Source: Octopus sinensis (Eukaryota). From it: a stretch of DNA of 64,000 bases. The notes below the pieces were generated by a model, which saw only the letters and a program-made list of their open reading frames with translations, was not told where the DNA came from and did no database searches. Shown piece after piece: positions 13,660 to 27,929 of this stretch (positions are counted from its first letter, which is position 1; every line of letters begins with the position of its first letter). Location of the stretch: contig NW_021837031.1 in the NCBI RefSeq assembly GCF_006345805.1, positions 1-64,000 on the forward strand. The letters are read 5' to 3'. Made by a program: the position numbers and the translations under genes.

Positions 13660-16600
13660 ATGTGTGTGTGTGTGTGTGTATGTGTGTGTGTGTGGTGTGT
13701 GTGTGTGCGTGTGTGTTTATCCTCCACTGGCTCTGGTGAATTTACATTCCCGTAACTTAGCATTTCGGCAATAGCAACAGATAAAAGAAATACAAGGCTT
13801 AATACAAATAAGTTGTGGAGTCCATTCATTTGACTAAAATCTATTCGAGTCGATGCCCCAGCATGCCTTAACATGACCTAAAGAATTTGAGACCTATAAT
13901 AAAAAGGGCTAGAGTAATATAATATTTTATACGAATATAAAATATGTTCAACCTTCTCATTCTTTGTTTATTTTTTCTTCTGATGTATGACTTCCATCCA
14001 AAACGTCAAGATTCTTTCCACTCTTTATAGTCTTTAGACCTATTCCTTTCTGAAGACTAGACTTCAATTTGTGCTCTTTGACTTCTTATGTATATATTCC
14101 TTTTGTTACGCTTAGTCAAGGACGGATGGGCCATAATGGCATCTATATTTGCTCGCAACTACATAACCATTTAAAATAATTAGAGGAAACTTGACTCAAG
14201 TACCAGGCCAAATTTGTTTGCCATTGACGTCTAGGGTGTTATTTTGGATGGAAGCACCAATAATGTGGCTAAAAAATTGTAATTTTCATTGTGTTTGCTC
14301 ATTCTAGTGAATTAAATTCTAAAAATAATACAAATTTGACCAACTTATAATAATTTAGTCCATTAGTATTTTAATTATATTGTTATGGACTCCGACATCA
14401 ATTTCACTCGTATAAATTAATTACATTTATAAGATGGAATTTTCCTAGAAGTGAATATTCTCTAACAGTCTCACCACTACATAACACCTAGATTTTAATT
14501 AACAATTGAGATTTTGTCTACTTAGTATCTTTGTTTAAATATCTAAGTCTTTCTCCAGCGTTTGGAGAAAAGATACAATCGTGTTACTCATAAGTTACTT
14601 GTAACACACACGCGCAAACACTGATATATAAAAATGCACTTGCTGATATGTGCACATACAGTCCCTCTACCTTCGTCTCAATCTTTCTCTTTCTGTATTC
14701 TTTCTATTTCTACTGTTAGTTTGTATTCTTCCGTCTATCTTGTTTCAGACAAGTGAATAAATATCAAAAGCAACGGAGGTAAACATATTTCCTACACTCA
14801 CATCGTATACAGGACTTCGACTTTAAACATTTACGTATTAAGTACATTTTAACGGTAATTGTTGCTCTCTACGTGTGTCCCGTATACATACACACACCGA
14901 CAGGCACACCCATATAGGAATGTGTGCTTACAGACATATGTATATATATCGAAATTCTATCTTTCACCTAGGTTCGTTAGCACCGCAAGGCACTACAGCA
15001 GCATATGTTTTTTAGCATTTCTCATCTACACGAAATAACTTTTCCGACCGTTTACCGCAGTCTACGGCTTTATAAAAAACACACATCCGAGTAAGCTTGG
15101 ATGTGCTAATTAACATTTGTTACACAGGCTGATTATGTCACTGATAACTAATGTATATAGAGTCAGCAAGCCTCTCGAGCCGTTTTTAGCTGTTTGGTCA
15201 ATATCATTTTATTTAGGTTTGACTTATTTACTGAATAGCATTCGATGTTTGGCTTCCTACACTTGATGATCCGCAATACAATGACATCAGGAGATACAGT
15301 TGCACCATCCACCACTGTTGATGGAAGTGAGTCGACCGATAGAGTTTTCATGCTTTTTAGCGGTTGTCTTCTAAAAAAACGATTCATTTTAAGCATATGT
15401 ATCTGCGCGTGTGTGTATTTAGAGAGTTTACCCCAAGAGAATTAACGCAAAATGTCACCATTTGTAACATGAGCGAAAATCTTTAACCTATTAGAAAAAT
15501 ATAAAATATAAAATAAACGATGATGAAACCTGACATCAAATTGCGTTTATATAATGGTAGTTCATAGATTAATGGCTTAAAACATCAATTTTAACGTTTC
15601 AGAACGCATTTAGCCTCAACACCTAAATTATTCAAATTATTTCTAAGCATTTTTACGGGAATAAAATGTGACAATTATGGCAAGTAAAAAGTGTATGGCG
15701 GATAATAGAAAAATGGCTTTGCATTTTCATAGGGACGAAAATTTACATTCGTAACGATTAACCAATTCCGCTGAAGCAAAACATCTCTGCGTTATGTACA
15801 TCTGCGCTTGCGTTCTCTGACGGTCATTTACAAAATTCTCTGAACGAAAAAGTAATAATAACAATAACTCCAAAAAAGGCAGATGTCACGCCATCTTTTA
15901 TTATCTCTATTTTCTAATATTATTTCCTGAAGCAAGTGGTTGTTTATTCATATATTTATTTAAATGTTATAGAGTTTTGCATGGAATAACGTCCGCTGTG
16001 TTTTTATTTGATAATGCTAAACCGCCATGGTGTAATTCGTCGAACAGATCAAACTCAGTGCTGATTCTCAATTCTAACACTTATTTTATCTGTCACCTTT
16101 GCTGAACCGTTATGCGATGTGGACGTAAACCCATCCTCACCCCAGTTGTCAAGCGGTTATATAGGAGCATCACAAAGGTTTGTGTCTCATACATCTATCT
16201 AATCGGCGGAGTTTCACTCAGTTTCACTCAACTAAATTTACTCACTAAGCATTGATCGAACCGAAACTTTAGTAGAAGGCATTTGGCCGGGGTGTCCTGC
16301 AGTGGGATTGAAACGTAAATAATGTGACTGCAAAGAGAGTTTCGTAACCACACAGCCATGCCAATGATAATTATTGTTATTAAAATTTCTAAAAAAATAT
16401 GGGAATATAAATAATGAAATCATATTGGTCCTTGCAGCAGCATCAGTCGGGTTTCTCCAACTGATAACACAATACTCCGTATATACTTTAATCCCGATTA
16501 AGACAATTATTTTATTCATTCATTTACGAATTTAATTATTCTCGAAAATGTATTCCAAATACAAGTATTATACCTTAGTTAAGTATATCGTTTCTGGAAA

Positions 16601-16927
16601 GTAATACCTACTCCTCTAAACAAGTAGCCCCATCGATATTGTCATTTTCACATTTACCTCCCTTGACTGCACCTGAATGGGGTAGCGATATTTTGGAGAT
16701 ATCAGAAGAGAATCAGTCTGACTTAAATGTATAATTCTCCCTTTTCAACGACCAAAATCAATCCCCTATTCTTTATTTTCGTGTATTTTTATTGACAATG
16801 CATTGTACAGGTTTGTACATGTTGCACATCATAAAATGCATGCATAAATTTATGATTCTTTACTCTCGATTTTAAATTATGCTCAAGCAGCATTAGAGGC
16901 ACCTACGAATAATCTTTGTTTACGAAC

Positions 16928-16969
<42 letters not shown>

Positions 16970-17010
16970 GTATATAAATAGATAGATAGATAGATAGGTA
17001 GATAGATAAG

Positions 17011-17290
17011 TTTCTTTATTGGCCACACAGGGCTGCACACAGATGGGACAAGTTACAAGGTAGAGCTTTTCTTTTGGGGGATGAAAAAAACAAAAAACTA
17101 AAAAAAAAAGGGGGGTGGCGTAGGTTTTCGATCAAGAGGGATCGTAAAAGGGAAGAAAAGAACAAAAAACAAACAAAAAAGAAATAGATAGATATACATA
17201 TGTGTATGTGTATGTGTGCGTGTGTTATATCTTTTGGCACGAATAGATTTACGCAGGGAGCCATGAAAAAGGGTGCAGTACGTTAGCTTA
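17011..17290 (-). mobile_element. Probable LINE 3' UTR end sharing the group-B SINE tail
   Basis: tttctttattggccacacagggctgcacacagatgggacaa aligns to the SINE-B tail complement tttctttattacccacaaggggctaaacacagaggggacaa, but continues into non-SINE sequence. Abuts (GATA)n. The right boundary is uncertain. Confidence 0.5.
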
Positions 17291-17594
17291 TAATGTTAGT
17301 ATTACAATTTCACCCTTTATACATGCAAGTCTAATATATATTTATATTCATTCTGAAATGGGGAAATTAATATTTAATATTGATATGATGCAAGACCTCA
17401 TTACGAAGGCATAACATGGTTCAGATATAATGTGCTTTTTTTATATCTGGTAACAGAATTTCTTAGCTAACAATAAAATGGAAATAACTTTTCTGAATCT
17501 CCATTCATGCACACAACCAGACATATACACTTAGATAGATGCATATACATACATTTATTAATAATCACTCACTCTCTCTTTCTCTCACTCCCTT

Positions 17595-17625
<31 letters not shown>

Positions 17626-17753
17626 AACATACACACAGATAAATAGATAGGTAGGTAGGTAGGTAGATAAATAGATAGATACATACATACATACATACAT
17701 ACATACATACATACATACATACATACATACATACATACATACATACATACATA

Positions 17754-18167
17754 GGCGCAGGAGTGGCTGTGTGGTAAGTAGCTTGCTAACCAACCACATG
17801 GTTCCGGGTTCAGTCCCACTGCGTGGCCTCTCGGGCAAGTGTCTTCTGCTATAGCCCCGGGCCGACCAATGCCTTGTGAGTGGATTTGGTAGACGGAAAC
17901 TGAAAGAAGCCTGTCGTATATATGTATATATATATATATATAAGTATGTGTGTATATGTCTGTGTGTCTGTGTTTGTTCCCCTAGCATTGCTTGACAACC
18001 GATGCTGGTGTGTTTACGTCCCCGTCACTTAGCGGTTCGGCAAAACAGACCGATAGAATAAGTACTGGGCTTATAAAGAATAAGTCCCGGGATCGATTTG
18101 CTCGACTAAAGGCGGTGCTCCAGCATGGCCGCAGTCAAATGACTGAAACAAGTAAAAGAGTAAAAGA
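17754..18167 (+). mobile_element. Group-A SINE, full length
   Basis: Near-identical to the 13026 copy. Confidence 0.9.
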
Positions 18168-18304
18168 CATACATACATACATATGCCTCTGTGTGTGTGT
18201 GCATGCGTATTGATACGTACTGACTTCCATGGAGCTTCAAAGCTGACTGCTAAGATGGCAGTTTTAACGGGGAATTTTGAAGTAAATATTCTCTATTAAT
18301 ACTG

Positions 18305-19062
18305 TTTTCAAATTTTGGCACAAGGCCAGCCATTTCGCAAGAGCAGCTACGTCGATTAAATCGACCCGAATGCTCAAGTAGTACTTATTTTATCGACCTC
18401 GAAACGATCAAAGGGAAAGTCGACATCTGAAGAATTTGAACTCAGAACATATTGACAGATGAAATACCGGTAAGCATTTCGAGCGGGGTGCTAATGATTC
18501 TGCCATCTCACCGCTCTATTTTTATCGTGAGCGCGTAAAGGAAAGTTGGGCATGGTAGCTGCTTTTTTTATTTTGTTTTTGGTTGTTTGTCTGTGTGTTT
18601 GCAAAATTATTGGAGAACCGCTGGACGAATTCTCACCAAATTTGCCAGAAATATTCATTGAGTGCGTGGCTCGAACTCATTAAATTTTGGTTTGGTGAAT
18701 CAATTTTTTTATTTTGTTACATATGCATAAACAATAAGTAGGGGAAAGAACACTTAACGTCATTTTGTTGAAATATGAATTTGTCTGATATCATTAAATT
18801 AAATTTTATTTTATCCTTGTATGCATAAATAATTAACACTAATCGTAATTAGGATGGCGAGATGCCAGAATCGTTAGCACCCCGGTCGAAATACTTAGCG
18901 GCACTTTGCTCGTCTTAATGTTCTGAGTTCAAATTCAGCAGAGGTCGACTTTACCTTTCATCTCTTCAGGAGCCGACTACATGAATAGCATTTCAGTTCT
19001 GGCGTCGATGTAATCGACTAGTACCCTCCCGGTTAACTTCCTAGACTTGTGCCAAAATTTCA
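18305..19062. mobile_element. Inverted pair of degraded group-B SINEs (18305-18515 minus; 18851-19062 plus)
   Basis: Recognisable heads, gagttcaaatt B-box and ttgtgccaaaattt tails in opposite orientation. Confidence 0.7.
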
Positions 19063-19528
19063 AAAACATGTTAAGTATTATTTCGATTCTACGAATAAGT
19101 TTTTGCATCTCCCATTCACTGTATTTTATTTGTTCAAGTTTATCTGTTTAAACAAGTATATTCATGTGTGGTTCTCTGAGTGTGTGTATGTGAGTATGTA
19201 TGTGTGTATGAGACTGTGTGTGTTTGCATGTATTTGTATAAGTGGTATGTATATCACAAATGAAAATGAATGGACAACGACATCCATCTTCATTTGATGT
19301 ATTTCTTCACCGCGTGCGATGTGTAGCTAATGTTGCTACAGAGACTAGAGTCGCGGAATAACAAATATCATTAAAGAATTGTGATTACGTTAATTAATTT
19401 CGTGAGTGAATGATAAAATGAGACTAGTAATTTGATATTATTCCCGCAGTGTACACAGCTAACCAATTACATGCTGGACATTACAGAGCTAATATCCACG
19501 ACCCACATGATACAAACCCACTCATTTC

Positions 19529-19607
<79 letters not shown>

Positions 19608-20186
19608 TGGATAGATACATACATACATAGATACAAATATGTCTGTGTGGGTTGGTGTTGGGAACATATATATATATAAGCACATATGTTCCCATATATA
19701 TACAACATATATATGTACTCATATGTGTATATTTATATATATGTAAATATATATATACACCCACACATATACATACAGACATACATACGTATATTGTACA
19801 TATATATATATATATAACTTTATATTTTAGCGTTGTACAAAACCAACCGAGCAGAAGCTTTGCTAAAATATCCTACAAAACGTAGACTGTACATTATTTT
19901 CAATCATTAAACAATGAAAATAACAATTACAAACAAAATAAAGTTGATGTGAAATGAATAAATTTAAATAAATGAATGACTAATTATCAATAAAAATGGC
20001 CTCCTTCTGCAAGTCCGAACATGAAAAGCAACAAGACAAAAGAAACTATAATTTTAAAATCTTTCGCTTCTTTTCCGAGGACATCTTATTATTATGTTGT
20101 CTTAGCTCATGTTTGGAGTGTTTTAATCTCTCACTCTCTCATTTTACTGTTTATATTTATCTCTCTGTCTATCTCTTTCTGTGTAA

Positions 20187-20234
<48 letters not shown>

Positions 20235-20395
20235 ATTATGCACACAAATATATATGTGCGTGCGTTCGTGTGTAAGTGTAGGTGTGTGAGTGTGTGTATA
20301 TAATATTATATATTTTAAGACAGACACACATATATAGATATACATATACAAATATATGTATGTAGATATATATATATATATATGTGTGTGTGTAT

Positions 20396-20437
<42 letters not shown>

Positions 20438-20910
20438 GTATATATATACATATATATATGTTTATGTGTGTGTGCGTGTATAATATCTATGTGTGCGTTT
20501 ATGTATATATATATGTGTGTGTGTGTGAGTGTATTTGTCTATATACGCACATATTTATACATATACTAGCATACATGTACACACACACACTAAAATATGT
20601 ATTCCCGGATAGATGTATACATGTACATATATGTATGAACATATATAGCTATAGAAGATCATTGCTGAAGTTGTGGAAATGCCTCAATAATCATTTAGAA
20701 ATCAGAGTAGATCTATCGAACCAACTCTAATTTAACTTCACAATATATTGGGAACGTCTCTCTTTTATACTGTATTTACACCAGAATATGAAGATTTAAA
20801 AATCTTCCGTTGATGTTATTGCTGTTGTTTAGCTCAAGCCGGTTTTGATCCAATAACATTCTGATAGAGGCTATTTCAGATTTGTCTATCCCGTATATTC
20901 ATCTATTATT

Positions 20911-21306
20911 CTTTTCTACTCTAGGCACAAGGCCCGAAATTTCTTGGGAAGGAGCCAGTCGATTAGATCGATCCACGTACACAACTGGTACTTAATTTAT
21001 CGACCCCGAGAGGATGAAAGGCAAAGTCGACCTCGGCGGAATTTAAACTCAGAACGTAACCGCAGACGAAATACCTATTTCTTTATTACCCACAAGGGGC
21101 TAAACACAGAGGGGACAAACAAGGACAGACATAGGTATTAAGTCGATTACATCGACCCCAGTGCGTAACTGGTACTTAATTTATCGATCCCGAAAGGATG
21201 AAAGGCAAAGTCGACCTCGGCGGAATTTGAACTCACAACGTAACGCAGACGAAATACCGCTAAGCATTTCGCCCGGCGTGCTAACGTTTCTGCCAGCTCG
21301 CCGCCT
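20911..21306 (-). mobile_element. Group-B SINE dimer with 17-bp target-site duplication
   Basis: TATATTCATCTATTATT occurs identically at 20894-20910 and 21307-21323. Confidence 0.92.
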
Positions 21307-21858
21307 TATATTCATCTATTATTAGCAACAATATCAAACGTGACTTTGCGGCGTCATTTTAAAGCATTTTTAAAACCATTTTCTAAAATCTAAACCTCTG
21401 ATTACTAATTAATTCTGGTGGACCCCTATAGCATTTAGATGTTTAAAAACTAGATGTATAGAATGTTATTTATTAATGTTTTCATCCATTATTTGTGTTA
21501 GTTGAACTATGTAAAATATTACGTTAAGAAATCTAAATGTTCGTTGCAATATATACCAATACATACATCTAAATCAAAATCTTTTCAGGCGCTATTAAAA
21601 TACACCCCGAAATCTTATAAGGACCATCAGGGATCATATGGACCTCAGATGAGAAACACTGATTTAATGTGTTGAAGGTAGAATTTGAAATAGATTGAAT
21701 CCACTTCCTACCAATCATCCTGAGATCGTTTCTGGGTCTATGATCTAAGTTCCCTGTTTGAAAACTATATATATATATATGCATTACGTATGCTTACTTA
21801 CACACATATATGCACACACTGAGAAACGCGCACACACATACACATGCATATATATATA

Positions 21859-21898
<40 letters not shown>

Positions 21899-22034
21899 AC
21901 CTGACACATAGTACTAAACTAAATGACTCATCTTTCACTTTAATATGAAAATGTTTTTATAACTTTATCATTCTTCGTGGCTTTTGTAATAACTTATAAA
22001 ATACGTAAATGTGAATGCATATGTATATCATAAG

Positions 22035-22111
<77 letters not shown>

Positions 22112-22544
22112 TGTATACATAACTAGCACTGTGCTGTCTGTGTGTCAGCGAACGCTTGGTTATCACTTATTCATTTCTAATAATTACATTGCATAACTTA
22201 TCAACCAATTCTCACCGGCGTATTTCTTTTAAATCTGACCTGTCAATATATCTTCAGAATGTTGGCTACAAATGGAAATCAGGTGTTTTTGTCTCACGTG
22301 AGGAAAATTTCTCTTTCATAACAAGATCTTGTGATCTGAAGTTTCCCAACGGGAATTTTTTAAAATGTCTGCACTTGTTGAAAATATTGGATCTGATACT
22401 AACATTTATTATTATGGCTTGAGATATCCCGTAATGGAGATGGGTTTTCTCATCTATGTTGCAATTTCATCGGGTACTATCATTTACAACAATTGCAACA
22501 TTATAAAATAAGGAAATAATAATAATAATATTATCATTATTATT

Positions 22545-22581
<37 letters not shown>

Positions 22582-22641
22582 TTATTTGAGACAGAGAATG
22601 GTTTAGAGCACTGAAGGCTGTATATAGTAAACTTTAGGTGA

Positions 22642-22815
22642 AACAAACAACAGTGCCTAATAATCGACATGGCAGTGCCAGGAGATCAAAATATTATCAC
22701 AACAGAAAGAGAAAGAATTGATAAATATGGTGACTTGCGAACTCAGATTTCCAAGATGTGGCAGCATTCTGAGTCAAACATAAAACACTAAAACTCATTC
22801 TCACTGGAGCAGCAA
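22642..22815 (+). mobile_element. Restriction-like endonuclease (RLE) fragment of an R4/Dong-type non-LTR retrotransposon
   Basis: Frame 1: KQQCLIIDMAVPGDQNIITTERERIDKYGDLRTQISKMW, the CxIIDxAVPxDxN...EKxxKYxDL...RMW signature of RLE-bearing LINEs. Adjacent to (AAT)n/(ATT)n/(GTT)n tracts. Confidence 0.7.
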
Positions 22816-22829
22816 TGCCCATAGAAACC

Positions 22830-23830
22830 TCCAACCCAACTATCACAAAATTAGCGGCACATGCCCTTACCTAATTGAGGGACCAGTATTTAAATTCAAA
22901 GATGGCCAAACCTTCAAGGTTAAATCCAGTTTCACCAGCAATACGGAAAACCTATCACATGCAATGGCTGCCAACATAATTACATAGGTCAGACGGGCAC
23001 CTCATGACGCAACAGAATGATAACCCATCGTCAACAGATCCGAGACAAAACCGCAAGGAAAATTACTTTAAGCAGTCACATTGCAACCTATGCAGGAATT
23101 GACTTATCAAATTTTAAAATATTTCCCCTCTACAAGTGCTCAGATTCTTTCAACCAACAACAAAGACTAAATGAATAAAGGCAATTTATTTACAGGTGTA
23201 AGCCATCATTAATCTAGACCCAACCTCTACCAACCAATAAATAAGTACAGACGATTAAAAAACAATTTTATATATATTATCGTTCTCAAAAATACTTGCC
23301 ATCAATGCTTAAATCTGCTTTCCAATATATATATATACATACACACACACACATACATATATATATATGCCTGTAAACACACACATACACACACATATAT
23401 ACACAAAAAAGGCATTAAAAACATACACACAGAGAAACATATACATATGCACTCACAGACACACATACACACTCACATACAGGTGGACATAAATCCCATT
23501 CAATAAATGCTTTAAAGATACTCTCTTGGCGGAAACTCACAAAGTATTCTTTTAGACAATAGACAACTACACCTCCCTCCCTTGCTCTCTAACACCTTGG
23601 GCTTTATACCAAACTATATATAACAAAATCTTCAATGAAAAACATTCAGACATGTTTTTGACCCCTAGACAGAAAATAAACTGTTTTTACTTCAATTTAA
23701 AAAAAACTTTTTATTGATATTTTATACGATGAGATTCATCATCGAAACCGGTAATATTTTGTTAATATAATTTTAAAATCGCTTTATTAAATTCCTTCTT
23801 AACTCAAAATAACTTAGATTTACTTCTGTG
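22830..23830 (+). mobile_element. Penelope-like element remnant: GIY-YIG endonuclease pseudogene plus terminal-repeat (pLTR)-like region
   Basis: 22856-23217 reads GTCPYLIEGPVFKFKDGQTFKVKSSFT.. /frameshift/ ITCNGCQHNYIGQTGTS*RNRMITHRQQIRD...HI...FKIFPLY...QRLNE*RQFIYRCKPSL. This has the PLE CxxC-YIGxT..R..xH pattern and the C-terminal FI..xKPxL(N). A hammerhead-like motif follows at 23726-23753. Confidence 0.8.
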
Positions 23831-24379
23831 CTATTTCCACCTCCATCTTTTACATATAAAAATTTGATTAGTATAGATCTCTAATCTTTTTTCAACTATA
23901 CATATATATATATATATGAAGCTGACATATTAGCTACACCATATTATAAATTTCATTACACACGCTATACAATAGCAGCATTACTCTAGTTATATTCATA
24001 TTAAACGGTTTTTCACTCGCACAATGAAAGGCAAGGTCATTAAAAGACACTATAAAGCTGATAAAATAAAGCTCATACACTCACTCACATACATACACGG
24101 ACATCTACATGCACACAGGAGCCTACACATACATATATGTATATAGAGAGATGTATATATGTCTGTGTACGTATATGTGAGTGTAGCCGTGAATATACAT
24201 GTATAAATGTGTTTGTATAGATATCCATATCAAAATACATATAATAAACATGTATATAATCACATGTTAACTAAATAGAATTGACAATTACAGCGTAACA
24301 CGTTTGTCAAAATGTCGAACTTCATCTGAGGTATGTGCATTATGTAAGCTGATTACCATGAATTATGTGGTTACACCTC

Positions 24380-24655
24380 AGGCACCACTGAGTCGCTAGC
24401 TATGTTGTACTCACGATTGTCTGATCTGGGTTCGATTTCCAGAAAGGCTCTGCCTTGAGTTCTTAAGCAAAATACTTCGTTCTCTGTGACTCCAGGCCAT
24501 TCAATTGTAAATGGATATCGGTGGTAAGGACTAGCCTCGCGATCAAGGCGACTTTTGGCCTGGTCGCCTCGCCAGCGAAGTGGCACCATTGGAAAGCCTA
24601 AACAGCGATGTACAACCAAAACAGATAGTCTGGTCGATGACGATCACGTGACTTA
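24380..24655 (+). mobile_element. Degraded SINE with RTE-type tail
   Basis: gggttcgatttcc B box, gttcttaagcaaaatactt central domain, tail gatagtctggtcga...gatcacgtga similar to the 39918 copy. Confidence 0.6.
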
Positions 24656-24729
24656 TACCGTTCCGAACAATGATCCGTTATAGAGATATATATATGCCAT
24701 GTTTGACCGCTAAATCTACAGTTTTTTTA

Positions 24730-24885
24730 ATTCTCTCTTTCTATTTATTTTCTCTTACTCCTTTCTGTTGAAGAGCTTAGGTCCGAAACGTAAAAGACTT
24801 TTTCATTTTCCCGAACGTCAAACTAATACGCATGCTTGTTGTTCATACACCTTTCTTCGTCTTTTTTTCTATAAATTTCACCTGT
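24730..24885 (+). mobile_element. PLE-terminal-repeat-like element with hammerhead-like core (subfamily 2)
   Basis: ctttCTGTTGA-agagcttaggtcc-GAAACGTA-aaag at 24765-24790. Flanks are shared with 54030-54188. Confidence 0.5.
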
Positions 24886-24900
24886 ACACACACACACATT

Positions 24901-24941
<41 letters not shown>

Positions 24942-24945
24942 ATGT

Positions 24946-25047
<102 letters not shown>

Positions 25048-25051
25048 TATA

Positions 25052-25121
<70 letters not shown>

Positions 25122-25779
25122 ATGTATACCAATGTTCGTGTGTAAATGTGAATGCCTGTACACAAGCAGCGTGGGACACGCATACGTATAATCGTAAATA
25201 CAAAGACAGCTATTAAATGTTTTATTTACAAATAAATATATACTTCTGTATATTTTTCTCAATACTTAATGAGTTCATGTGTGTAATACTTCACAACAAA
25301 TATATAAATGGAGTTTAAACATATGCACACATACATATGTGTGTGTGTGTGTGTATGTATGTATATGTATATATTGGAAAGTAGATTTAAGCATTGATGG
25401 GAAGTATTTTTCAGAACGTTAATATATATAAAATTGTTTTTTACCGTACAGGTAACAACCAGACATAGGCATGCGTACCCTTAACGTAGTTTAAAGTTAG
25501 GATGTAACATAGGACGTGACAAGCCTGGCCCTTTAAATTACAGGTACTACATAAAAAAGGTGAGTGAACTGGGGCAAAAAAACTTCTTGTGAAAAAAACT
25601 TCTTGTGTAAGGACACAACACACCTACTGGAATCGATCTTACGACCCCACGATTATGAACCGAATACCCAAACTACAAAGATATGCGGTTCTACATGTAT
25701 GTGTGTGTGTGTATATATATATATGTGTGTGTATATGTGTGTGTGTGTATGTGTGTGTGTGCGAAGTGCATTTCTTTAT

Positions 25780-26162
25780 CCTTTTACTTATTTCAGTTAT
25801 TCGTCAGCGGCCATGCTGGAGCACCGCCTTTAGTCGAACTAATCGTCCCCAGGGCTTATTCTTTGTAAGCCTAGTACTTATTCTATCGGTCCCTTTGGCC
25901 GAACTGCGAAGTTATGGGGACGTAAGTACACCAACATGGTGTGGCACAAACACAGACACACAAATACACACACATACACTCACATACACACATATATGTA
26001 TACGACGGGCTTCTTTCTGTTTCCATCTACCAAATCCACTCACAAGGCTTTGGCCAGCCCGAGGCTAAAGTAGATGACACTTGCCCAGGGTGCCACGCAG
26101 TGGGACTGAACACGGCAACAAGTGGTTGGGAAACAAGCTACTTACTACACAGCCACTCCTGC
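25780..26162 (-). mobile_element. Group-A SINE, diverged
   Basis: Reverse complement of tail, body and head (gcggccatgctggagcaccgcc...acagccactcctgc). Confidence 0.85.
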
Positions 26163-26911
26163 ATGTATGCTAAAATGTCGCTGAAGTATCGTTTTTGTTG
26201 TTATTGTTGTTATTTTTTCAGCTTCTTATCGGACCTGATCTAGCAGACCTATGATGGAGCATCATTCATGCCTCGTCAATCGTCACATGAATTATAACCC
26301 AACGAAGATATAGTTCATAAAAAGAAGTATTACACATCGTGTCCATTCACTTTCTTTTTTGTATAGAATTTGGCTACTGCTTCTAGCGGATGTAATAAAA
26401 ACAATGCCCCCACCTGGGACTTCTCTCTTTAGTTTTGCTGTTTTTTGTGTGGTGTAGCTGTAATTTTTTGCAGTTGTTTCCTGTTTTTTTTAATTCCAGA
26501 TTAGTACGGATTTACAAAATACTATGGTCTCGTTATTCTTTTTTAAACTAGCTTATCGTAGTTTTGATTGTCTTCTAAGTATTATCTTAATGTTTTCTTA
26601 AGCCGTAGAAGAAAGCGGTATAATGATATGAAAGAGATGTATTAATTTACTATAGTTTAATAATATTTTCTTGACAAAGTCCTTTGTAAAGTGTTGTTTC
26701 TATTGATGTTGTTGCTGCTACTATAAGTTTTATTGTAGACGTTTTCCATTTCTACTGTTGTTGACGTTGGTGCGATTGTTGTTCATATCAAATCAAATAT
26801 AAAACAAAATTCCCCCCCCCCCAATAAACTACACAGTATGAATTTACTGCGCACCTCTCACAAACATTACACACATAAAACAAAAACAGAATGAAACACA
26901 AAGAATGAAAT

Positions 26912-26979
<68 letters not shown>

Positions 26980-27088
26980 ATATATATTATATATATATAT
27001 ATATAATATATATATATATAATATATACATATATATATATGTCTATATATTTATATACATATATATAAGTATATACATATATATACAT

Positions 27089-27157
<69 letters not shown>

Positions 27158-27497
27158 TATTAAAAAACTTAAGGAGAACATGCGTTGTGAACATTATGAA
27201 AAATAAGAGGTAGATAATATTTACATTTTTTATCAAAATATGCTACCAGTTCCAATTGCTTCAGCCCGTTTAATCATGTCATTATAGAGAAGAAAATAAA
27301 TTAATATAAATTAAATTTATATTTCGTTATATATATATTTTTTTTTTTTAAACTTGATATGTTTTACTTAGAATATATTCAAATGGAGCTGATAAAAATG
27401 TGAATATTCTCATTCATTTTATTCATAACAAAAATTCTCAAAGCAATTTCTCCTTTTATCTTTTAATTTTAATTTACTCAATAAAACTTGTTATATC

Positions 27498-27598
<101 letters not shown>

Positions 27599-27660
27599 AT
27601 ATACATACATACATACATATATATATAGACATGCACATATATATATATGCATATATATAC

Positions 27661-27693
<33 letters not shown>

Positions 27694-27821
27694 TGTATAT
27701 ATATATATACATAAATTCACGATTGTGGATATATAAGTATGAAGAAAATCATGAACCAATCAATGCTGTCCATAACCTTGCAGAATATATCCGTGCTGTG
27801 CGTGATATACGGAATACTGAC

Positions 27822-27929
27822 CGCCTCGATCTCCTTTGGGACCACGTTCACCCGTTTCGCCTTTCGATCCTTTTTCTCCCTTTTGGCCCGGATATCCTGG
27901 CTGGCCTCGAGGTCCAGTGAGACCATAGC
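27822..27929 (-). CDS. Internal exon (108 nt, phase 1-1) of a collagen-domain gene
   Basis: Minus strand reads ...actgaccaactatctactcag|GC TAT GGT CTC ACT GGA CCT CGA GGC CAG CCA GGA TAT CCG GGC CAA AAG GGA GAA AAA GGA TCG AAA GGC GAA ACG GGT GAA CGT GGT CCC AAA GGA GAT CGA GGC G|gtcagt = [36 protein letters not shown]. Eleven perfect Gly-X-Y triplets, AG/GT boundaries, branch-point-like CTGAC upstream, length a multiple of 9 (2 x 54). An in-frame TGA just upstream fixes the acceptor. The ORF track shows this region only in the wrong frames. Confidence 0.93.

Noticed and set aside
16659-16673. 15-nt minus-strand microexon candidate (cag|GTGCAGTCAAGGGAG|gtaaat)
   Set aside because: Out of Gly-X-Y register with a modest acceptor; indistinguishable from chance.
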